From assembly GCA_964495865.1 (NCBI GenBank), contig CAZBZA010000002.1:1-34588 (forward strand): 34,588 nucleotides of DNA, read 5' to 3'. This stretch comes from an uncultured Lentimicrobiaceae bacterium. Its GTDB lineage: Bacteria > Bacteroidota > Bacteroidia > Bacteroidales > UBA4417. The translations under genes were made by a program, and so were the position numbers. Shown here piece after piece: positions 25,759 through 34,337 of the stretch; position 1 is the first letter of the stretch, and every line of letters begins with the position of its first letter. A model generated the notes under the pieces. The model saw only the letters and a list, made by a program, of their open reading frames with translations. It was not told where the DNA came from and made no database searches.

Positions 25759-26367
25759 TTAAAAGACAATGGTTCGGAAAGTGAGATTTACTCTCGGTTT
25801 AGAAACCAGTTTTGTGGGTGGCAACCTGTGTAACCAGTAGGTTTGGGTGGAATCCTTCATCACAAGCAGACTGCCATGTTCTAAAATTATTGAAACGGTT
25901 TCCTTTGTTTGCTTATGTTTGAACGAAAATTTTCGCTCAGCACCAAAAGATAATGATCCGATAGCCCCGTTTCGCTTCAGATCTTTTTCTCCGTCGCTAT
26001 GCCAGGCCATTCCTTCGTTACCATTGTGGTAAAGATTGAGTAAGCATGAATTGAATTTCTCACCAGAAATTTTCTCCGTAATAGTTTTTAATGCTAACAA
26101 ATCCTGTGTCCAGGGCAATGCTCTTTTTGTGGTGTTGGAATAGGTATACTCAAAATCCTGATCGCCGTACCAGGCTACTTTTCGCTTGGTAATGATTCGT
26201 TTTCCGAAAATTATAGCTTCGTCATTTTTCCATTCAATTGTTTGCAACAAATTTTCCAGATAATAATTGGCTTCCGGCTGCGAAAAAACTTTGCCAAAAT
26301 AATTTACTGTACCATCGTATGGCAGTAGGTTTAATTCCGGGTTAAATCCTGGGCTGAATAAATCCAT
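25759..26367 (-). CDS. alkB: alpha-ketoglutarate/Fe(II)-dependent dioxygenase AlkB
   Basis: AWHSDGE (HxD), WLHRLP (distal His) and RVNLTFR (RxNxTxR). Confidence 0.88.
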   Translation of the reverse strand: MDLFSPGFNPELNLLPYDGTVNYFGKVFSQPEANYYLENLLQTIEWKNDEAIIFGKRIITKRKVAWYGDQDFEYTYSNTTKRALPWTQDLLALKTITEKISGEKFNSCLLNLYHNGNEGMAWHSDGEKDLKRNGAIGSLSFGAERKFSFKHKQTKETVSIILEHGSLLVMKDSTQTYWLHRLPPTKLVSKPRVNLTFRTIVF

Positions 26368-26463
26368 ACTACAACTGTTTCTTTGTCTGATTTTAATCAG
26401 TTACAAAAATACAGAAGTTACAGGCAGTATTTAAACTGTCACAAAAACCAATCTCTTATATGA

Positions 26464-27486
26464 TTATTCAGAAGTTTTGCAATCCAAAATCCTGATTGAC
26501 TCAACCGCTCTTATAGCCCTGTCGGAGAAAAAATCGGCTGCAGGATAAATTTCAAAAGCGCCGCCATCGGGATTTTTTTCGGATGGAATCACCAGGAATT
26601 CGGCCTGGTCGTTGCGGTTCATCACTTCGCTGAAACTATATGTGCCGTGGTAACCATCCTTTCCGGCAATTACGAATAAACAGGTTTTTATGCTGCTTTC
26701 ATTTACCTTTATATAGCTTGCAAGCAATTCTTTCAGCATTACACCCGAAAAAGGAGTGGTGCCGTGTATTCCTCTTCCACGTCCGTAAAACACAGCAGGA
26801 TATGTGTGCTCATCCAATCCGGCTGGTAAAGTGCTGATTTCGGCCAGTCGCTTTCCATCTTCCGAAATGCTAAAACTCTTGCTGTACATCGGGCTTAAGC
26901 CTTTTACAATTTCATATTTTCCTGAATACGATTTTACAGTAATTTTAACCGGGTTGCTAATGTTACGATGGGTATACAAATCAGAAGCAACCACCACCTT
27001 AGGATCAGTCGGCAGCGGCCATAAATCCTTCGTTTTGGATGGAACAATGCGTGCAACCTGTGTGGCAATGAGTATTTCATGCTGATGAATGGGGTAATAA
27101 ATTTCGCCCCAGCTGAAAACAACTTTTTCGCCTGCATTATTCTCAATTTCAACATATAAATCAATGATAGGAGGGAACTCAGCCTCGTTTTTCTTCTTCA
27201 GTATGGAAAGATTTAAAATATCGTAGAGCGAATATCCATCGTAGCGGTAAGCACCAATAAACTTATCTTTTCCATTTTCCAGAAGTGTTTCTTTAACGAT
27301 AACGGTTCGCGATGGAAGGGTTTCGAAATTTACATTTCCGGGGTTTGCAATTTCGCCAAGGACTTCAACTACTGGCATTTTAAATTTTACGGTTTCGGCA
27401 TCATCGTAAAAATCATTGGTTTGTGCTTTTAAGGCAGAAACGGATAGCAGAAATGCTGCCATCAGGATTGGGATAATTCTTTTCAT
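26464..27486 (-). CDS. hypothetical secreted two-domain protein (possible molybdopterin-oxidoreductase-like fold, internally duplicated)
   Basis: Signal peptide MKRIIPILMAAFLLSVSALKAQ. The two halves share a pattern: (F/Y).G..L..(I/L)L ... L(Y/F)V......G....FS..E(I/V). The C-terminal half contains AGKDGYHGTYSFSEV. It is the last gene of the TonB-dependent receptor operon. Confidence 0.45.
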   Translation of the reverse strand: MKRIIPILMAAFLLSVSALKAQTNDFYDDAETVKFKMPVVEVLGEIANPGNVNFETLPSRTVIVKETLLENGKDKFIGAYRYDGYSLYDILNLSILKKKNEAEFPPIIDLYVEIENNAGEKVVFSWGEIYYPIHQHEILIATQVARIVPSKTKDLWPLPTDPKVVVASDLYTHRNISNPVKITVKSYSGKYEIVKGLSPMYSKSFSISEDGKRLAEISTLPAGLDEHTYPAVFYGRGRGIHGTTPFSGVMLKELLASYIKVNESSIKTCLFVIAGKDGYHGTYSFSEVMNRNDQAEFLVIPSEKNPDGGAFEIYPAADFFSDRAIRAVESIRILDCKTSE

Positions 27487-27498
27487 TTGTATTTGAAT

Positions 27499-29904
27499 TT
27501 AAAAATTAACAGCAAATTCGGCAGTTATAAACCTTCCCGGACAAACAGCATATTTGCTGTCATAGAATTCGACATCAAACAAGTTTTGAATATTCAGCGA
27601 AAGTTTATAATGCGTTTTAAATGATTTCCACAATTTCATATCCACAGTCGTATAAGCGGGATACTTATCCGAAAGCAGTATTTCGTCCACCGTATTCTGA
27701 TCGTTTATGTACATTGATCCATTGTAATGCATATATAAACTGGCGTTTACAAACCGGTTGTTCCAGTTGGCGCCTGCCGAAAAAATATGTTCCGGAACAT
27801 CGGTCAAAAAGTTTCCGGCCAGGTTGATGGTGTCGTTTCCGGCAATTTTGTGATAATCGAGTATGGTTGAATGCGTGTACGCATAATTGGCAAAAAGAGT
27901 AATTGCAGGTTGGATTTCGTACCTGAATTCAGCTTCAGCACCATACATTTCCACATCGCTGATGTTAGCTCTTACAAAAATCGGCCTTTCGCCGAATCCC
28001 ATATCAATGGTTTCGCCGTTGCTTACATAATACTGAAAATCAGTTCCCCGCGAATAGTAAACCGAGCTGGTGAAAGCTGCTTTTGGGGTTATTTTTAGGT
28101 CGATGCCGGTTTCGATATTATTAAGGTACTCGGGTTGTATGGCGGGATTTGCTATTTTAAAACCTCCTTTTATCCTGCCCGAACGGCAAAGATCGTCGAG
28201 TACCGATGGTCTGAAACCACGAGAATACATTACATAAACACGATCGTTTTCGTTCCATTTGTATTGCGCGGAAATCCTCGGGCTAACGGCATTCCAGTTT
28301 TGCTCAGGCATTTCAGGAACCTGGTATCCGCCTCCAACCATAAACTCTGTTTCCATCGATGGATTCTCAATGTAAAATCCGCCGTCGTGAAACTGCGCCA
28401 GATCGAAACGCAGACCGGCAATAACTCTTACCTTATCATTGAGTAACTTAATCTCATCCTGTGCAAAAAGGGCGTAAGTAGTCATTTTACCTTTGTTATA
28501 CACTATATCCGTTGAGGTAAAATATTTGTCGTAAGCATCCACGCTTCCGTTTTTTAAATCGAAACCACCGGTAATCAGATGGTTATCGCCCATAGGAGCC
28601 GTAAGTGAAGTAAACCAGCCGTAATCGCGCCGGGTCGAAAGTACATCATACCAGGTATAATCATCTTTGAGATATTCATTCACTTTTTTGTAATTCTCTG
28701 TCAGGAAATAGGCAGAAGAATTCATTTTCAGTGTTTTAAAAGTTCCACGGTAATTCAGAATTGTGCCATACGAATCGTGATCAGTAGTATTCCCTTCGGA
28801 CTGGTACACTTTTTCGCCCGTTCCGCGCTGATCATTATAATAGTTGAAGGTTGCGTCGAAATTGTGTTTTCCGGCAATGGAATAGCCTGTCTTGATATTT
28901 GCCCCGGCTTCCTGCATATTTGATTTCACGATATACGGATTTGATTTCACATCAGCATCCGACTGGGTAACATATCCATCGCTTTTTTTTGCCGACAGAT
29001 TAGCGAGCCAGTACCACGAATTTTGCGTATTCTTTACCTTTATACTACCGCCGGTATTAATCCTTCCACCCATAGTGTTATAAGTTCCATATTCGAGTGA
29101 AGCACGTATAAAAGGTTTACTGTCAGGCGTTTTCGAAAGGATATTTATAATTCCACCCATGGCATTTCCGCCATAAATGGCTGATCCGGCGCCTTTTGTT
29201 ATTTCTATTTTCTGAACGGAATTCACGTCAATCATGTTCCAGTCAACTGTTCCACCATCCGATTTATTGATAGGAACACCGTCAATCAATACCAGCACAC
29301 GGCCTTGTTCTTTGCCGCTCATGCCGCGCATAGTTACAATTCCTTTGGTACTGAAAATCCCAAACGACCTGTTGTAATTTATACCGGGTGAATATTTCAG
29401 CGCCTCATCAATATTCTGTATCGGGATGCTGGTGAGCATTTTAGGCGAAATCATATTTATCCGAACAGGAGTGTTCACAATCAGGTTATCGGTTCGCGTT
29501 GCGGTAATCACAAACTCATCCATATTAAGCAACGATGGAATAAGCGCAATTGCAGGCAGACTGTTTTCGCCGGGTAGCAGTTTGGTTTCGAGAATAAACG
29601 TTTCAAATCCTACAAAACTTACGGTAATTTTAATGCTGTCGGCAGGCAGATTGCAGAGCCTGAAATTTCCGTTTTTATCTGAAATTGTTCCTTTGCCGGC
29701 CCTAAGGCTGATATTTGCTTCCGAAACCGGTTTTCCTGATTCCTGATTTTTTACCTGGCCGGTTATGCATGATTGCCCCAAAGTTATCGCAGGCAATAGT
29801 ATCACTAGTCCGCTAACTAGAAAAACTGTTCTGATCCATTTCAGAATTTGTACGATTATCCCGTTATATATGCTTGAAATACAGTTTGCTGTCTTGCTTT
29901 CCAT
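27499..29904 (-). CDS. TonB-dependent receptor with CarboxypepD_reg-like N-terminal domain
   Basis: ITGQVKNQESGKPVSEANISL...DKNGNFRL, then plug segment DEFVITATR...IEITKGAGSAIYGGNAMGGIINI, and a C-terminal ...AEFAVNF ending in Phe. Confidence 0.9.
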   Translation of the reverse strand: MESKTANCISSIYNGIIVQILKWIRTVFLVSGLVILLPAITLGQSCITGQVKNQESGKPVSEANISLRAGKGTISDKNGNFRLCNLPADSIKITVSFVGFETFILETKLLPGENSLPAIALIPSLLNMDEFVITATRTDNLIVNTPVRINMISPKMLTSIPIQNIDEALKYSPGINYNRSFGIFSTKGIVTMRGMSGKEQGRVLVLIDGVPINKSDGGTVDWNMIDVNSVQKIEITKGAGSAIYGGNAMGGIINILSKTPDSKPFIRASLEYGTYNTMGGRINTGGSIKVKNTQNSWYWLANLSAKKSDGYVTQSDADVKSNPYIVKSNMQEAGANIKTGYSIAGKHNFDATFNYYNDQRGTGEKVYQSEGNTTDHDSYGTILNYRGTFKTLKMNSSAYFLTENYKKVNEYLKDDYTWYDVLSTRRDYGWFTSLTAPMGDNHLITGGFDLKNGSVDAYDKYFTSTDIVYNKGKMTTYALFAQDEIKLLNDKVRVIAGLRFDLAQFHDGGFYIENPSMETEFMVGGGYQVPEMPEQNWNAVSPRISAQYKWNENDRVYVMYSRGFRPSVLDDLCRSGRIKGGFKIANPAIQPEYLNNIETGIDLKITPKAAFTSSVYYSRGTDFQYYVSNGETIDMGFGERPIFVRANISDVEMYGAEAEFRYEIQPAITLFANYAYTHSTILDYHKIAGNDTINLAGNFLTDVPEHIFSAGANWNNRFVNASLYMHYNGSMYINDQNTVDEILLSDKYPAYTTVDMKLWKSFKTHYKLSLNIQNLFDVEFYDSKYAVCPGRFITAEFAVNF

Positions 29905-29928
29905 CTATCGGTTAATTCCTTGTATGTT

Positions 29929-30882
29929 TTATTTCTGGACTTTAAGCGAAATCTCAATTATCCCGTTTTCTGTTTCATCAGCATGAATCACTTTTATCAA
30001 ACCATACTTGCCTTCCTGCGTTTTGAAAGGGATTACTTTGCCGGTATATCCATATTTACAGTTTCCACTTACTTTGTTGGGTTTATAGGCTGTAACCAGC
30101 AGACTGTCATTTGCAGCTGCATCAAACTGGCTGATTGTTACCAGGTTGTTATCGCTTGTAATGTAATCGTACAAAGTATTGTTTTTAACGGTCCAGCTAT
30201 TCAGTTGAGGATAGTAACCGTAAGCTGCTGTATAACCGGGGCATGTAAAAGTAGGCGATGGAAGTCCTGAAGTGATATAATAATAAGCTAAAATATCAAT
30301 CTCACTTTCGTGGCCTGTAACGGAGTTTGCATCGAAAACGGAACCTGTATTTACATCAAGGAACTGCCCGCTTAAATCATTATTCTGAAGACCGAGTTTT
30401 ATATTTTCAAAATGATGAATAGGGCCATATGCCGTTCCGGTTCCTTTGTTGATTGTTATGGTCCGGATGGCAGTATCGCGGTCAGCATTCATAACAATTA
30501 CCCGCCACAATTCAATAGTAGAAGTATCTTTCGAAAAGGTATAGTCGGCGTCGAGACCTTCGCTGCCAAAATAAATACCACGGTCGAGTTGAGTAAGCGT
30601 ATCGTGGCCAGTAATCCTGTCAATACGGATATACGTTAAAGGAGCCCCGGCTCCTGATGCCAATACACCTATTTTTATTGTTCCGCCAACGGGGATATAT
30701 GCTCCGTTTTGTGTGTATAATGTTCCGGTTTTAAGTATAAGTGATGATTTTGAAACCTCATCATCCTTAGTGCACGAACTAAAAAATATACCTGATGCTG
30801 CCAATGAAAATAGTAAAAGCCACAACCCTTTTGGAAAGAGCTGTGACTTTTTGAAAGTTATCAGTTTTAAACGCATCAACAT
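29929..30882 (-). CDS. hypothetical lipoprotein (paralog of 30882-31763)
   Basis: Lipobox-like GIFFSSC. The C-terminal EGKYGLIKVIHADETENGIIEISLKVQK parallels the C-terminus of the neighbouring gene. Confidence 0.6.
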   Translation of the reverse strand: MLMRLKLITFKKSQLFPKGLWLLLFSLAASGIFFSSCTKDDEVSKSSLILKTGTLYTQNGAYIPVGGTIKIGVLASGAGAPLTYIRIDRITGHDTLTQLDRGIYFGSEGLDADYTFSKDTSTIELWRVIVMNADRDTAIRTITINKGTGTAYGPIHHFENIKLGLQNNDLSGQFLDVNTGSVFDANSVTGHESEIDILAYYYITSGLPSPTFTCPGYTAAYGYYPQLNSWTVKNNTLYDYITSDNNLVTISQFDAAANDSLLVTAYKPNKVSGNCKYGYTGKVIPFKTQEGKYGLIKVIHADETENGIIEISLKVQK

Positions 30883-31763
30883 TATTTCTGGATTTTGACG
30901 GCAATTTGTAAAGTGCCATCTTCAGTACCTTCAACAGCGGTTACTTTGTATAATCCATATTTGCCCGAAGCAAGCATAAAGGAGTATACATCACCAACGG
31001 TAAGAAGTTTTGCTTTTTTAAACTTATTATCAGGATCAAAGGATGCACGAATTACCGCATCGTTTTGTACTGCGTCGAACTGGGCTGCAGTAAGGGTGGT
31101 TTTTGTGAAAAATGTAAGATTTTTAGTGGCGTAAAATTCAGGAGCAGTAGCGCCTGTAAATATTTCTTTGATGTTCGATCCCGGGGCTGCAAGGGCCATC
31201 ATGTTTACACTGGTAGCTGTATTTTCGAAAAAGCAGAACAAATCAATGTCAGCCTGATGATCGAAAGCCTCATCCTGCGTATAGGATGTTGATGTTGAGT
31301 TGCTTAACGAAAGAAAACCTTTCTCCGTAGTATTGTTTTGTGCACCAAATTTAATGGAACTGTAGGTGTTGATTTCACCAAAATTTCCGGTTATTGTAAT
31401 TGAATCCGATTTGCTGTTGCCCACAATATCAGTGGTTACAAATTTCCACACTTCTTTATCCAGTATGGTTTTTACGGTAAACATATCGAGAGTAAAAGTA
31501 GCGGTATTAACCGTTGAATCAAGCAATTGCACACCATTTGCAAAAAGCTGGAATTTAACAAGGTTATCAGTTCCGTTGGATTTGGCTGTAATTCCGAAAT
31601 AAAGCGTATCGCCATAGTTGGCTGATGTGTTGGCCGAAACATATCCGGCATCCGTTTTAAAGGTAATTGTTGGAGGAACAGTATCCTCATCTTTTGAACA
31701 GCCTGTAAATAATAAAGAGGCTGAAATCAGCGCGATGCTTAGAATGGCAAATAATTTTTTCAT
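30882..31763 (-). CDS. hypothetical lipoprotein (paralog of 29929-30882)
   Basis: Lipobox LLFTGC. The C-terminus is SGKYGLYKVTAVEGTEDGTLQIAVKIQK. Its stop overlaps the next start (TAATG). Confidence 0.6.
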   Translation of the reverse strand: MKKLFAILSIALISASLLFTGCSKDEDTVPPTITFKTDAGYVSANTSANYGDTLYFGITAKSNGTDNLVKFQLFANGVQLLDSTVNTATFTLDMFTVKTILDKEVWKFVTTDIVGNSKSDSITITGNFGEINTYSSIKFGAQNNTTEKGFLSLSNSTSTSYTQDEAFDHQADIDLFCFFENTATSVNMMALAAPGSNIKEIFTGATAPEFYATKNLTFFTKTTLTAAQFDAVQNDAVIRASFDPDNKFKKAKLLTVGDVYSFMLASGKYGLYKVTAVEGTEDGTLQIAVKIQK

Positions 31764-31903
31764 TGATTGTGATTTAGGTTAAACGAATGGAACATACATT
31801 CATATCGGCGGCAAAAGTAATAGTTTAAAAATAGTAAGCAACAAGTTATATGTAATTTATTCTGATTTCAGATAAGCTGTTTCTGTGATGATATATGAAC
31901 ATT

Positions 31904-31941
31904 AAAAAGCCTGATAATCAGCGTTATCAGGCTTTTTGTTT
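31904..31941. terminator. bidirectional-looking rho-independent terminator
   Basis: aaaaagcctgataa tcagcg ttatcaggcttttt: a 10-bp stem flanked by an A-run and a T-run. It sits just downstream (minus sense) of the peptidase 3' relic. Confidence 0.65.
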
Positions 31942-31958
31942 CGCAAATTCCGGTAATA

Positions 31959-32018
31959 TTATAAATTCTGATCGTAGTACTCCGCCAGTTTCCTGAAAAG
32001 GTGAAAGATTTGCATTCC
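31959..32018 (-). pseudogene. relic of the 3' end of an S9-type peptidase gene (duplicate of 34338-34397)
   Basis: The minus strand translates ...GMQIFHLFRKLAEYYDQNL*, versus ...GMERLHLFRKLAEYYDQNL* for the intact gene end at 34338. 44 nt (31960-32003) match 34339-34382 with one synonymous mismatch. No long ORF continues upstream. Confidence 0.75.
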
Positions 32019-32182
32019 ACACCGAATCACTCTCTGGCTGATGGGATTGCTGCGCTAAGCTACAAATCAGCTCCAACGTGTCATTTTAATTCAAAATATC
32101 CTAAATATCAAAATTCAAAACTTATGTAGTCAACATATGTATTATGCTAAATGTAATTTGACCTGCAATGCATTAGGAGACA

Positions 32183-32196
32183 TCGACATATGTCAA
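32183..32196. promoter_or_regulatory. candidate CRP/FNR-family box (TCGAC-N4-GTCAA)
   Basis: tcgacatatgtcaa is 13/14 palindromic, in the hcp upstream region. A half-related copy, gtcaacatatgtat, lies at 32129-32142. Confidence 0.25.
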
Positions 32197-32285
32197 TGTC
32201 CTGAAAGTTTAAATTTTATATTTTGATTTATAATCATGGAATACAGTAATATACAAAGCTTCTGAGATTATATTTTTATAAAAAC

Positions 32286-32301
32286 TTAACTTAATTGTTA
32301 C
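32286..32301. promoter_or_regulatory. candidate inverted repeat TTAAC-N6-GTTAC upstream of the hcp promoter box
   Basis: ttaac ttaatt gttac, centred about 27 nt upstream of the TAAATTTG box. Confidence 0.2.
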
Positions 32302-32320
32302 GTGATTCACTGAAAGTTTA

Positions 32321-32328
32321 TAAATTTG
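32321..32328 (+). promoter_or_regulatory. candidate -7 box (TAnnTTTG) for hcp
   Basis: taaatttg, 140 nt upstream of the hcp ATG. Confidence 0.3.
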
Positions 32329-32467
32329 CGCAATTAAATACTTAAATACTTAAATGAGGGCAAATTTTAAGTTAGCCATCACAATCGGTTTGAAAACTAT
32401 AAAAATTAATGCAGAAATTATATCTGTAAAACACATACTAATTACTAACTTAAACAAATAGAATTTT

Positions 32468-34129
32468 ATGAGCATGTTTTGTTACCAATGCCAGGAAGCA
32501 GCCAAAGGTGTAGGCTGTACAGGTCCGAAAGGTGTCTGCGGAATTGATGCCGAAGTGATCAATCTGCAGGATTTGAATGTAAGTTTATTGAAGGGGTTGT
32601 CCTATTTCAGCACCAAAGCTAGGGCTAAAGGAATTGAGGATAAAGAGGTAAACCAGTTTATCCACATGGCACTTTTTACAACTATCACAAATGCCAACTT
32701 CGATGGATCAAAGTTTATACAGCAGATTTACAGAACGATTGAATTGCGCGAACGTATGAAGCAAAAAGCGTTGGCAGCTGGTGCTATTTTTGATGCTACT
32801 GCTGAAAGTGATTTCTGCACCTGGGTAGCTGAAAACGATGATTCAATTATTGCAAAAGCAATTTCGACCGATGGCCGCATTGATGCTCCCGATGATGATA
32901 TCCGGTCGTTGCGTGCGCTTGCTTTATACGGTATAAAAGGAATGTCGGCATATGCTGAGCATGCTCATAACCTTGGCTTCGGGGATGCAGGTGTTGATGC
33001 TCATGCGCAAAAAGTACTTTCGTTAATGCTTGATGATAACCAAACTATTGAGGAATGTATTGCCCTGGTTCTGGAAACTGGTAAATTCGGAGTTGATGTG
33101 ATGGCATTACTCGATAAAGCCAATACTACCCGTTATGGAAATCCGGAAATCACGAAAGTAAATATAGGTGTTCGTTCAAACCCGGCAATCCTCATCAGCG
33201 GCCACGATCTGAAGGATATGGAAGAGCTGTTGAAACAAACGGATGGTACCGGTGTGGATGTTTACACGCATAGCGAAATGCTTCCGGCTAATTATTATCC
33301 GGCTTTCAAAAAATATGAGCATTTTGTTGGAAATTATGGTAACGCCTGGTGGCAACAGAAAGAAGAATTTGAGAAATTTAACGGACCGGTTTTATTCACT
33401 ACCAATTGTATTGTGCCTCCTGCAGGAAATGCCACATACATGGATCGTATTTATACCACGGGTGCTTCGGGTTTCCCCGGATTTAAACACATAGCTGATC
33501 GTCCTGATGGTGGAGCCAAAGATTTCTCCGAAATTATAGAACATGCCAAACGCACCCAATCTCCTGTAGAAATAGAAAAGGGGGAAATTATTGGTGGATT
33601 CGCTCATGCCCAGGTGTTTGCGCTTGCCGATAAAGTGGTTGATGCCGTTAAAACAGGTGCAATACGTAAATTCTTTGTAATGGCAGGTTGCGACGGTAGA
33701 ATGAAGGACAGGAATTATTATACTGAATTTGCTGAAAAGCTTCCAACTGATACCGTAATCCTTACAGCCGGCTGTGCCAAATATCGCTACAACAAATTGC
33801 CGTTAGGTGATATTGGTGGAATACCCCGCGTACTTGATGCCGGTCAGTGTAACGATTCGTATTCGTTGGTTGTAATTGCTATGAAACTTAAAGAAGTGTT
33901 TGAATTGAATGATATCAATGAATTACCAATTGCTTATAATATAGCCTGGTACGAACAAAAAGCAGTGATAGTTCTTCTTTCGTTACTCTACCTTGGTGTA
34001 AAAAACATCCATCTCGGGCCAACATTGCCTGCTTTCCTATCGCCAAATGTAGCTGATGTTCTTGTTAAAAACTTTGGAATATCAGGTATTAATACTGTTG
34101 ATGAAGATATGAAAATCTTCCTGAATTAA
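32468..34129 (+). CDS. hcp: hydroxylamine reductase / hybrid cluster protein
   Basis: N-terminal [21 protein letters not shown] cysteine motif, about 550 aa, with internal GHDLKD, NCIVPP, MAGCDG and [11 protein letters not shown] blocks. The true start may be the ATG at 32474 (MFCYQCQE). Confidence 0.93.
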   Translation: MSMFCYQCQEAAKGVGCTGPKGVCGIDAEVINLQDLNVSLLKGLSYFSTKARAKGIEDKEVNQFIHMALFTTITNANFDGSKFIQQIYRTIELRERMKQKALAAGAIFDATAESDFCTWVAENDDSIIAKAISTDGRIDAPDDDIRSLRALALYGIKGMSAYAEHAHNLGFGDAGVDAHAQKVLSLMLDDNQTIEECIALVLETGKFGVDVMALLDKANTTRYGNPEITKVNIGVRSNPAILISGHDLKDMEELLKQTDGTGVDVYTHSEMLPANYYPAFKKYEHFVGNYGNAWWQQKEEFEKFNGPVLFTTNCIVPPAGNATYMDRIYTTGASGFPGFKHIADRPDGGAKDFSEIIEHAKRTQSPVEIEKGEIIGGFAHAQVFALADKVVDAVKTGAIRKFFVMAGCDGRMKDRNYYTEFAEKLPTDTVILTAGCAKYRYNKLPLGDIGGIPRVLDAGQCNDSYSLVVIAMKLKEVFELNDINELPIAYNIAWYEQKAVIVLLSLLYLGVKNIHLGPTLPAFLSPNVADVLVKNFGISGINTVDEDMKIFLN

Positions 34130-34146
34130 CTTCCTTTTGCAATTAG

Positions 34147-34185
34147 CGAGGCTGGTACATTTCTGTATCAGCCTCGTTTATTATT
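34147..34185 (+). terminator. rho-independent terminator after hcp
   Basis: cgaggctg ... cagcctcg stem followed by tttattatt, 18 nt after the stop. Confidence 0.6.
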
Positions 34186-34337
34186 AAAATTCTCTATTAG
34201 TTTTTTATTTAATTCAAAGACGCAAAGCAATGCGCTATAGATAATCAATATATTAGGGCGAAAAGACCTGATTTTATATGTTGTTGATAATGCGTCGATT
34301 TGGGATTATTAACGGACTATTGTTAGTAAGAATCCAA

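Noticed and set aside
32302-32310. gtgattcac as a CRP-type TGTGA-N6-TCACA site.
   Set aside because: The half-sites are separated by 1 nt instead of 6, so it does not fit the CRP/FNR geometry. I kept it only as a note inside the hcp upstream finding.
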